From positions 8,786,179-8,850,178 of the forward strand of contig CAJINV010000003.1 of the NCBI GenBank assembly GCA_905178155.1: a DNA stretch of 64,000 nt, read 5' to 3'. This document shows, piece by piece, positions 22,501-34,500 of this stretch. The notes beneath the pieces are model-generated. The model did no database searches. It had not been told where the DNA came from and saw only the letters and a program-made list of their open reading frames with translations. Position 1 is the first letter of the stretch. Every line of letters begins with the position of its first letter. Source of the stretch: Amoebophrya sp. A120. Taxonomy: Eukaryota > Protista > Dinoflagellata. The translations under genes were made by a program, and so were the position numbers.

Positions 22501-25500
22501 TCGATTCAAGTAAACTTTTTATCATGAGCTTGCGAATTTGTGATGCTAGTTCTTGAGGCAAATCCGCATTACAGATTCAATCTCTGCAAGCATTGGAAAT
22601 GGAATCTGTGATGCGGATTTTCCTCAAGAAGTTCCTGTTCCTGAGGCAAATCCGCATTACAGATTACATTTCTACAAGCATTGGAAATGGAATCTGTGAT
22701 GCGGATTTTCCTCAAGAAGTTCTTGAGGCAAATCCGCATTACAGATTCCATTCCTAATGCTGAAGCTCTAAAGCTTTTTTTGGAGGCAAGTCCGCAAATG
22801 GAATTCCTCAGCATTGCAAAGCGAATCTGTAATGCGGATTTGTCTCAAGAAGACTTCTTGAGGGATTTATGTCTAGAAGACTCTCTGAGGCAAATCCGCA
22901 TTACAGATTCCGTTTCTAGTGCTGAAGTCCTCAAGTTCTTTCTTGAGGCAAGTCCGCAAATGAAATTCATCAGCAATAGAAACAGGATCTGTAATGCATT
23001 GGAAATGGAGTCTGTAGCTTGGTGGATTTGCCTCAAGAAAGAATAGGAGACTCTTCTTGAGGCAAATCCGCAGATTGCATTGCAAATAAATGCTGAAGGC
23101 ATAAGTTTTTTTTTGAGGCAAATCCGCATTACAGATTCCATTTCTAATGCTGAGGCTGAGGGACTTTGTATTGCTATTGCCGTAGAGACGGCAATACAAA
23201 AGCGCATGGCAAATTTCCGTTTTGGATTGGACATTTGTCATGGAAAACGCATCAAATTGAAACTACATGACAAATTTCCGCATTTGGGAATTTGTCATGC
23301 AAAACACATCACTCAATTGTTGAAGTGGCCATTTCAACAATTCGAGATCTGCGAATTGTTGAAATGGCCATTTCAACAATTCGGCTTGTGCAAAATGTTG
23401 AAATGGCCATTTCAACAATTCGCAGAACCCGAATTGTTGAAATGGCCATTTCAACATTTTGCACAAGCCGAATTGCAGAAATGGAATCTGTAATGCGGAT
23501 TTGCCTCAAGACCTTCTTGAGGAAAATCCGCATCACAGATTCCATTTCCAACGCTTGCAGAAATGGAATCTGTAGTGCGGATGTCTGTAATACGGAATCT
23601 GTAATGCGGATGTAGAAAGGGTGTCTGTAGTGACTACAGACACCCTTTCTAATGCTGAGGATTTCCATTTGCGGATTTGCCTCAAGACATAACTTTAGCA
23701 CTTCAGGAGCATTAGAAATGGAATCTGTAATGCGGATTTGCTTCAAGAAGTCTTCTTGACACAAATCCCCCAAGAAGTCTCAGCATTAGGAATGGAATCT
23801 GTAATGCGGATTTGCCTCAAGAACTTCTTGAGGAAAATCCGCATCACAGATTCCATTTGGAATGCTTGCAGAAATGTAATCTGTAATGAGGATTTGCCTC
23901 AAGAACTTCTTGAGGAAAATCCGCATCACAGATTCCATTTCCAATGCTTGCAGAAATGGAATCTGTAATGCGGATTTGCTTCAAGAACTTCTTGAGGAAA
24001 ATCCGCATCACAGATTCCATTTCCAACGCTTGCAGAAATGGAATCTGTAATGCGGATTTGCCTGAAGAACTTCTTGAGGAAAATCCGCATCACAGATTCC
24101 ATTTCCAACGCTTGCAGAAATGGAATCTGTAATGCGGATTTGCTTCAAGAACTTCTTGAGGAAAATCCGCATCACAGATTCCATTTCCAACGCTTGCAGA
24201 AATGGAATCTGTAATGCGGATTTGCCTGAAGAACTTCTTGAGGAAAATCCGCATCACAGATTCCATTTCCAACGCTTGCAGAAATGGAATCTGTAGTGCG
24301 GATGTCTGTAATACGGAATCTGTAATGCGGATGTAGAAAGGGTGTCTGTAGTGACTACAGACACCCTTTCTAACGCTGAGGATTTATTATTTCTACACTA
24401 CATTATTTTTATTATTTCTACAAAAGTAATGTAGTCTTTCTAACGCTGTATAAAATCTCTACCTACTCAAAACCTGTGCTTCGGCCCTATGGCGTTCTCA
24501 ACTGTTACATTCTCAACTGTTACATGGACTTGTGATGCAAGAGTGGGAAAAGTGAAAGGGGGGGCATTACGCGTCTTGCATGACAGATTTGGCACAGATT
24601 ATCATCCTGTTTGGCCCTTCCAGGATTTGTCATGCAGAACAGCTTGATCGTGTAGATGATCATACATGGCGCTTTTGCATGACAAATCATGCAACAGAGG
24701 AGAATGTAACAATTGAGAACGCCATAGGCCCTTCCCCCAGTCCTATCCTGAGCAAAAACGTCCCCGCCCCATGATCGTCAAGTAGGGAATCTAGCAACAC
24801 AAATCTCCAAGTTTTGGAAGCTGTGCATGACAAGTTTTCCCGTGCAGTGTAGTGCTGCCTGGCAAGAGAGGCCGCATGAGAAAGCCACTCTCTCGTCCTG
24901 TTTACAGCATTACAAACAAAAATGTTCCTGTCGTTGCAAATTTGCATGACAGGAGCTCTGGGGTGTTCGTGTTCGTGTACTGCCAGAGACCAAAATAAAG
25001 TCAATTACAGCTCATGGATGGGGACGCTTTTACTCAGGATAAACCCGCCCCGCTCTTCTTCGTGGGTATCAGAGTGCACACACCCCCTCCCCCTCGTTTG
25101 TGTTGGTTGCATGAACAGCAAAACAAGCGCTGGCAAAGATGCAGCTTCTGTGTGTCAAATTCCAAGCAGACTGCGCTACAACTTTCTACGAATAGCACTA
25201 CGTAGCGTAGTGCTGTTTTGGATTCGGGAATCTGTCACGCAAGTAGTGCCTTCATCATCATCATCATTATCACGCGTTGCCTTTTGCTTGACAAATGCGG
25301 GCTCGGGGGCGCAGGGCACTTTCATAGGGGAGCTGCCAATCGTACACCAAAACCTTCCGGCCGTCCGTTGCCCCGGTAAAGGTGTGCCGCTTATCGTTCT
25401 CGCTGTAGCTTAGTTTTGCAACTCCCGTGTTGGTGGTCGCCGCAAACCCTATCCTGCGCAAAAATATCGCACCCGTAGTAATTGCAATCATGCATTACAA

Positions 25501-28500
25501 ATTTCCTTGATGTAGTAAATTAGAACTAGTGTAGTAACGAGCGATAGTTTTTAGAAGAAACAGCTAGCATCGTATGTAAAATTGCAACTCGAACTTTCAA
25601 AAATGACCTATTTCCACGAGCAATGCAGTTTGTTTATTAACCCCGTCGATTGTGTAGCAACATCGCGCGAGAGGTTTTTTTTATAAACAAGGTAAATCCG
25701 CATTACAAATCTTATGTCTCACGCAGAGGAAATTTGTAATGCATTTAGTATACGAGTGCGATGCTTTTGCATTGCATACACCCGCAGTGGCGGCAAATGC
25801 ACCCCTTCCCCGCCAGGGGCGAGGAAGGGCGCACAAAGCCACGCATGGAGCTGTCAGGTTTGAAATCGTCAAAGTTGAAGTAGTTTGCTATGCATAAAAT
25901 GCCTGTCTTGCTGAGTAGGCAAGGGAGGCAGATTGTGAGCCTGTTTCGGGGTAGAAAAAGAGCTGCTCAAGCAGCATGACAACAGGCGTCCTCCTTGCCC
26001 TAAGAGAGTTACAAACTGCATTCTGACTCTAAATACTCAGCTTTGTCATGCGCCGCGTAGACATTGGGCTTGCAACTGGCATCGATTTTATGCATTACAA
26101 GTTATCTCTACTTCAACTCTGCTGATTTCAACTCTGACACATCCATACCATGGCCCGCGAGAATCGTCCACAGGGACTGCAACTCGCCCGGGGAGGCGGG
26201 TCTTTTCAGCGGTTTTGCCCGGGATGACTTTTTGGCCGTTCTTATCCTGTGTAAAAACGTCCCCACCCCAGAGTTGTCATGCAAATGTGCAATGACAAGA
26301 ACATTTGTAATGCGGATGAGCATGAGAGGCATTTCCAATCTTGTTTTGGACTTTGTAATGCTGTGAACAGGATGAGAGGCTTGTTTTCTCATGCGGCTGT
26401 CCTTGCTAAACAGCACGACAATACAGATGGAAACTTGTCATGCAAAACTCCCAAAACTTGGAAATTTGTGTTCCAGATTTACTAACTTGACTATGGGGTG
26501 GGGACGTTTTTACACAGGATAGTTCTGATGATTGACATCGAGCTCGCGGCGAGCATATCAAAGGTAAAAGGGTCTGGGTCTGGAAAAACATGCTGGCTTT
26601 CATGGCGCAGAAGGTGTGGCATGGAAGCTCTAGCGTCACAGGTCTCGACAAGCTTCCGCACTGCCGAATCCGCATGACAAATTCCTCATTTTGGTGACAG
26701 AAAGTGTGCAGCTTTTGCGACCTATGCATGAGAGATTTTTCTGTATTCTGAAATGCGCATCACAAGTTTGGCGCTTCCAGACCCAGACACTTTTGCACCT
26801 GATACCGTCCGTCGTCAGACGAGGTGCTGAAATCGTCGCAACTCAGCGGGCATCCTGTGCAAAAGTATCGCACTCATAGTGATTGCAGTTGTCACGCGTT
26901 ACAAATATAAGTTTTTATTTTCTGAAGGCAAACCCGCATCACAAATTCCGCTACCAATGCTGCGGACCTTTGATGTGATGCAGATGCAAAAGCAATTCGT
27001 ACTAGTTTGATTCTTTTGCAATAGATAACGGCTCTGCCTGCCATCCTTTAGACAAAACCCCCCACCCCACAGCCAAGACTGCACCTCTATCACAACTGCA
27101 AAGAAATTCTGGCCCTTGCGCATGACAAATTGCTGCCCTGCTCCTCGTTGCGAAAGTTACAAACAGCATCAAAAAAGCCTATACGCGGGCGGCAGGCCAA
27201 ATAGTTTGGCCCGGGCATGCAAATACGCACGGCAGGAATGGGGCGGGGTGTTTTTGCAAAGGATACCGCCGCCGCCGCGTGTTCCTGTTTCATGCGCGAC
27301 GTCAAAGACGGCGGGGGCGAGGCTGGGGCGAAGCTGGGGCGGAGCTGGCGGGCCGGGCGGCGCGTCGGCTCCACCGGCGTGCTCCCGCTCCTCCCGACGG
27401 CCGTGCTGACAATCGCCGCGGGGCTGCTGCCGCTCCTTTTCATGATTGCCAGCGAAGTAGTGGTAAAGTCTGAGTAGAAAGGAAAGTCCTAAAGTCGGAG
27501 TAGAAAGCAAAATCCTAAATGGAAGCTTGAGTAGAGCACTGTAGCCGGGCGGGCTGAGAACTGAATGTATATAAGGACAAGGAATAGCAACAGTAGCAGT
27601 AGAGATTCCAAGCAAGATAGAGATACACACCACGAGAAAACGACACCGAATTCACAAAAAAAAGGAAAAAAAACATGGACTTCGCGATTGTAAAGCTACC
27701 AACCAAAAGAAACAGGAGCAACCGACTCAGACCCTGAGTACAATAAAAAAGTCATGATTTGCCGTGCGTAAAATAAAAAATTCGCAAACTTCTGCTCATC
27801 TCATACTCATGCATACGTAGTGCATGAAGTCGAAACTAAATAAGGTGCCTGCTCATACGCCCAAACGAAAAAACAACTCACCGACTTGCCATGCGCAAAG
27901 CACAGTTGCAGCTTCAATGTAATTGAAATAATCTTACGGGGGTTTGTCTATACCGAAAGTAACTCACACCACATGTCCTTCTTCAGTGTTCCCAACTTTA
28001 AACATTTCTTCTCCCCGCCCGCCCAGAAACAGCAAGACTTTGCTTCACTTTTCTGGCACCTGCATGCATCGGCTCAGCCGTCCGGAGAAGCTCTGAGCCG
28101 TTAGCTGCGGGCTGCGATTGTCACAATTAACAACCACAACGACGCACCCAGGGGCCGCCCGCGTGGAGGACACGCATGCAGGAATTTTTGGCCCCCTAGA
28201 TGCCACCTGGCGGTGGCATCCGCCATCCCAAAAACTACACCGAGCAGTTACAAATACGCCACAAGGGCGCCGCACAAAGAGCACGGCGGTGGCACTATGG
28301 GCAGTTCCATGGCGCTTGCAAAGCGCTAGAGTCCCACCGTGATTGACAAACATAATACATCTTTTGTTTTTTTCTCCTTTAGAATGAATCGAGCCCCGCA
28401 GACCCCCGCAGACCCCCGGGGACCCCCGCCCCCCGCAGCTTATAAAAATAACTGCTATATGATGTCACTGAAAACAAGTGCAGTTGACGTTCTTGTTCGT

Positions 28501-31500
28501 GTCGACGTAGTAGTACTTACAGCTAACCCTTGCGCAGCTTCATTTTTCTCGAGGAATTGATATTTTTCGTGTGGCGCATTCCGTTTTGAATGCAAGAAAC
28601 GCCATCACATATATGTTTTACTTTCACGACGCACAACGAGAACGGAAACTGACAGCAGCAGCAGCAGCACCACACGCCGTGCGGGGATTGTCACGGATAA
28701 CAGAAACGGAGCTGCTCGCATGCCGTGGAGCACGACCGCATATCACTAGCTTAATAGCTGTAAATTTATCACATCGCCAAGAAAAAATAATCATACGTAT
28801 ATCTATAAAGAGACTACGTGACTGGTGATTTCATTTTTCTACCGCTCTGAGGGCGACGGTCATCTCGTAAGTTCGCGCGTCTCCCATCACCCCTACAGTT
28901 TTGCATTCCGGCATAAGCACCGCAAAGGCCTGCCCCACCTCGTTATAGACCCCGGCCTCTTTCAAGCTAGAAATGAAAATGTTGTCCGTATAGAGGGGAA
29001 GTGAGTTGTGATCTTTGGCAGTGCTGCTAACCAGTAACAGGAGTATGCCATGCGCTTACGCCTTGCATTGTCATGCAAATAAAAGCATTAGCATACGAAA
29101 AAAAAATAAAATAAATCAACTTCGTCAGTCGCGGAGCGATTTTTGCATTGGCCTTGGGTTTTGCTTTTGGTAGGCTACCTTTTGCCTGACAATTAAAACC
29201 GTGGCCGTGGAAGCAAGTCCGCACGGAGAAATGGAATTCTTCTTGGGGGTGGTAGTAGTGCAGGACAAGATCAACCCCCTGCTTCCCTCCATAGTCTGCC
29301 TCGCGCAAGACGTCCGCCCGCTCTTTTGTGACGTCGCCGCCGACAATTCGAATCGCGAGTCCGGGCCCGGGAGTATGGCCTTCTCGTCAGACGTTGTCGT
29401 GTGGCCATCAGTTGCGTTTCGTTTTTTCTGCTTTGATGTCATGCAAAATCTTTTCCACGACCTTCCGCTCAAAGCTGCCTCGTCGCGCGACCAGGCAGCT
29501 GGTCGCGCGACGCGCCAAACTGCGTTGACATTCGTGCCAATCTCGTCAACACAAAAAGCATGGCAGAAAGATAAAACAAAAACCGCGGCCTCCAGCTCCT
29601 CCATGAAGAAGACACACACGCAGAAATTCTACAACGAAAGTCCACACGACAAGGACGTCTGAGGAGGCCATAGGGAAAAGGGTGGCGCATGATGCTATCT
29701 TCATGCAGACCCAGTTCGCGGCCGAGCGAACGCACCTCGTCCTTGAACAGCATCCGGGGAGTATTGTGAGGAAAAATCCCCCCTCCCCATATCGAAAACG
29801 AAATTTGTGATGCTGTATTTGAGTACACAGTTCAGATTTGTCTTCCTGGAGAGGACTGCAGACCCATATCAAGCCTGAGTAGAGAGGCTTTGACCTGGAC
29901 GCTTGGCATGAAAAGCGTCCGTGCTGTAGGCTCAACAGCATGACAAACCGCCTGTAGAATGCGGCGGATCCTGTGGAGTTGCCTTCATGCAACACAGAGA
30001 CGATTTGTGGTCGTAAATCAGCAACACAAATTTTCGAAAGCGTACCTTTTCAATATGGGGTGGGGGGATTTTTCCTTTTGATAGAGAGGCTCAATCAGTC
30101 CCTTGAACTTCAACCTCGTAGTTTCATGAAGATCAAAATGCCCGCCTCAGGGTCACAGTCGCAGAAGTGTAGTTGCGCGATGTTGAATGAAAAGAGAGCT
30201 CAGATGAAAATAATGACGAGGATGCAGAAGCAGAATCACTACTACTGCTCCGCCCGGTTCGGGGGCCGGCGCGCTCGTGGGTTTGGGACTTATAGTAGAA
30301 GTTCAGAGCTCCTTCACACTATCGCTATTTTCATATATCAGATTAGTGTCATAGAGATGCGCTTAGAAACTTGAGTTGATGACCACGCGCACACTGCTAG
30401 CATACTAAGTATTGGCGACTGGTGGTGAACTCGCACCCGCCTCCTGCAATCGTCGCGTGTAGCTGTAGCTGCATGCCGACACCCGGGTTCGCGCCCGAGC
30501 GTGGGCAGGCACGGATGCTGCGTAAAAAACAGGGCGCCGCTTGGTCGCCGCTTCGCGCTTCACGGCGACAGAGAGAAGCTGCGCAGCGTACTTCTCACAA
30601 CAAGATCAGGCCAAAACCAAGTGGCTTAGGGCTTGAGCGTCAGCTTAACCTAAAGCTATGACGCAAGCACAACTTGCGCTTTGATCACTATCGTTTTTTT
30701 CATAGCTTCTTTAGCATGATACGCATATGCGGAAATTGTAATTACGAGACCCCAATCCGCGGAGCTGCAGGTGCAGGTGGTCAGGATCTATAGCATTTGA
30801 TAAATGGGTATGGGTTGTGTAAAAAAGGGGCGCCGGCGACCCTGTACCTTTCGGGAAGCCCCCCAACATTGTGGTGGGACTTTATGACGGAAGAAGGACC
30901 CTTGAAGCTTGTAGACTCAATGACGTCCGGGTACAGGGTTCCCTGCAACAAGTAAGTGGACTCAATGGGCAAATCCGACTCGCGAATCGCCCGCTCGAAG
31001 GCGTCTATAAAGAGCTTGCCGATGATTTTTCGTTTCCTCTCAGGTTCCGTAACACCGTGCAAAGCTTGATAGAATTCAGCGCTCGCGTCAACGCATTGAA
31101 GCTTCAATCCGGGTATGTGTTGGGTTAGTCGCGTCTGCACCTCCTGTGCCTCGTCCTTGCGCAGCAACCCGGTGTCAATGAGAAACGGGCGGAACCGTTC
31201 TCCCAAGGCCCGGTGCATCAAGCCAGCGGCCACAGAGCTATCTACTCCTCCGGAAATACTATGGCAGCGTCAGGATTTAAATCGTCAAAGTTGAAATAGC
31301 TTGTAATGCATAAAATCGATAACAGGCGGAGGCCCAATTTCTAAGCGGCGCATGACAAATTTTCCGAGCACCGGATTCCGATTTGTCATGCTGGTTGGGC
31401 ACAGACGACTGCTTTTGTCATGCAACTTTTGCAGCTCTATTTCAAACCCTAAACAGGCTGACAGTGGGTCTCACTTGCCATCCAGGCAAGACAAGCACTT

Positions 31501-34500
31501 CACGCCTTTGCCTTTCATTTTATGCATGACAAATCATTTCAACCTTGTCAATTTCAATCCTGACAGTTCCATAAATACCGCCGAGCACGTAATCCGTGGG
31601 GCCCACTTGCACGTATCCTGTGCAAAAGTATCGCATTCGTATAAACGTCAGTCTTGTTGCATTGCAAATCTTTTTCTTAAGGCAAATCCGCATTACAAAT
31701 TTTATTTCTCATGCTGAGAAAATTTGTAATGCATTTATACGAGTACGATACTTTTGCAGTTCATAGCTCGCGGATCTTGACAATCTCAAGCTCGCAAAAA
31801 TTTTTCATGGTCCACTTGGCGAAGGAAAATGCGTTACGTGCAACAGGTTTCCTGCTCCCATCTGTTTTAGATTTCGGATTCAAGCTCCTCAAAAGAAAAC
31901 CGTATTGAAAATGGGCAGATCCGACTCTTCGGTTTGACGAACGGCATGGGCACTTTTTCATTTCTTTCATATATTTGTATGGATGAATCGCCTGCGACTA
32001 CTTCAGGGATTCCCTGGCGACCGAGCGAAACGGGCCCGGCCCTGCTGCTAGTCCGTCGAGTCCATCCCGCCAGCAATGACTAGGAAGGCAGTACTAAGAT
32101 GTTCAAGTGTCCAGGTTTACAACCCTGCCGGCTGATGCAGTGGAGAGAATACTTCTATGTGTGTATCATACAAAATGTACTGCAGCTGCTGACTATTGGC
32201 ACTTGTTTTACGAGGCACATTACTTTGAAGATTACGCCTATATCATGAGCATGTGCATGACGACGCATCACGTACATGTTCCTACTAATGCAACTATTCA
32301 AAGTTCTTGTACCTATTGTGGTCGTTGGGGACTTGGCTTCTTTTTCAATGGACGCAGCACCAGCAGACGACGCGTAGGCGGACGCGTTTTGAAGACTGCT
32401 TACCAGGAAGTTTTTTATGATCTGCTTTCCGCAGTGAGTGTGCGTTACTTCGGGATGAAATTGCACGCCGAAGAAGTTTATGACATGCAAAAATGTCTGA
32501 ACCTGGTTGGTTGAAAAGCCCCTTCGTCATTCAGCTTTCGGAAAAGACGCGTGATTGCTCGGAAGGGCGTCACATGTCTTGCGAAGGCTACTACAGCTTC
32601 TTAACGCCTGCTCCTATTGCGCATGGCAAAGAACAAAGCCGTCCTCTGCCTCTGCGTTCGAGCAATAATTTCTCGTGCGATTGTTGCAAGTCAGCATTGA
32701 AAATTCTGCCTTTGGCTCCAGGTCCAGACCCAGACAGTAGATTTGCGATGCATAAAGTTCTTCTCCTCGTGAAAGATGGCCGCGTGCTCTGTCCTGTGGA
32801 AAAACATACAACCCGTGCCATATTGATATCAGTGAGTCATGCTTAACCGTCTGCGCTACCGAGCCTGCGAAGGTGGGGGTGCGGGATCCATTTCCATGGG
32901 ATGCACATCAAAGCACAATGCTTATTTTTCATCATGCTAATCTGGATGCGTATGCCCAGCAGACAGAGGACGCTTGCGTATCTCATGTGAGTATGGCTCG
33001 TCCGCATGAGCGCCATTATCTGATCATGTTTGGAAATATGTCATGCTGTCATCAAAGTGGTAACACGGTGGATTTTTCGTGATGGGCCTTCACTACCTAG
33101 GCGTGACCATAGTACATAGTACGATATTTGTACTAGTCACGCGTTAGTCCAAGGAGTTCCCTTGACTTTGTGTAGCAGAATGCCCATTTTGACTGTAATT
33201 GACCGGGAACGTCGTAGTTTTTGCACAGGATATACTCGCAGTTATCCGTACTCCCCAAAACCTCAAAACCCGGAGCCATCTTCGTGACTTTGTCGCCGTG
33301 GGACATCCACAATTGACTGCCGGTCGGAACGTCGGAGAACAGACTCGTCGCCGCACTCACGTGGTCGTTCGGATTGTTCTTGCCAAAACGATCAACCACC
33401 TGAAGTTCTGCATACCCAAATTCGCGTTGGCTGTCGAACAAAAAACGTGAACTTTTCATGCCCGTCGTCGACAGAAGTTCTATGTTTTCATACTATTTTC
33501 CAAAACGAAAAACGACAGCGTATGAGCTTTCAATGACATTGAAAAACCTACGATGTTTTTTCTAAAACTAAAACCTAAAACACTAACTACCACCTGTTGA
33601 CAACGGCAGTGGCTGGTTCGTCTAGTTTTTCTTTTTGTATTTCCTTCTCCTTTTCCACAGCATTGCCATTGGAAAACGAAAATCAAAAGACAAATTCAAT
33701 ATAGTGAGTAGATGACCACCACGCCCACCACGAAACGTCGTTGCAGGGATGATGAAACGAGAGCCATACACAGGTCTTGGATCACGAAGATCACCTCCGC
33801 CACACAAACATTCTCATCCATGACCATGCATCCATGGAGTTCCTCCTTCTCGACGTCGTGTGGAAAGTTCAATTTTTTTGCATACTGGGATCCGGGACTC
33901 ACTTTCCCACCAAGCGCCCACATCATCTCTTGCAATCCGTAGCATATACCTATGATTTTCATCATGAAGGTAACCATTGACTTAGAGGATGCATATCGTC
34001 AGTGTAGTGGTCTACTTGCAAAAAGATTGGCAACGCCAGATGCACATCCTGTCTCTAGCATTTATATCGGCATTCTCGATTTTGACACGACGCCCCCCAT
34101 TGATCACCTCTACCTCGGGCTCGGAATATTCTTCAAATTAATAAAGTTGTAATTTCATTTCATACACCAACACCTTATCAAGTTTGACGAGTCCTCTTGT
34201 CCTCGAACAAGTACAGAGACAAGTATCGAGTACTCGCATCGCAATTAAGCTAAAACAAAACGCAAACTATATACTACCTAGGACGGGGATCTGTTTATCG
34301 TAAAGCACTTGCCAAAGCTCCGGCTTCAGGTGCGGGGCCTCCTCTTCGTATACACTACTGGGTCCGCCGGATAGAATGACGGCTTTGGGAGCGAAGCTCT
34401 CCAGATATTGTTCGTCTATCATTTGCAAACATGTCTGGGTCTAGAGATTTTTACCAGGGTTGTCATGCATATTTTGCATGACCAGCGATACCTGCAACGC

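Larger units (their letters stand above)
20054..28459. mobile_element. Candidate 8.4-kb TIR-bounded element inside the GMPS 8.8-kb intron
   Basis: Left end TATATCAGCCTTTTTTATAAGGGGGGC...CGGGGGTCTGCGGGGGTCC; reverse complement of right end TATAGCAGTTATTTTTATAAGCTGCGGGGGGC...CGGGGGTCTGCGGGGGTCTGC. No clear 5-bp TSD and no transposase ORF found. Confidence 0.5.

Noticed and set aside
22545-24380. CRISPR-like array or repeat-protein ORFs (MEMESVMRI...)
   Set aside because: Units are contiguous without unique spacers, no cas genes are present, and the context is eukaryotic; the ORFs are repeat translations.
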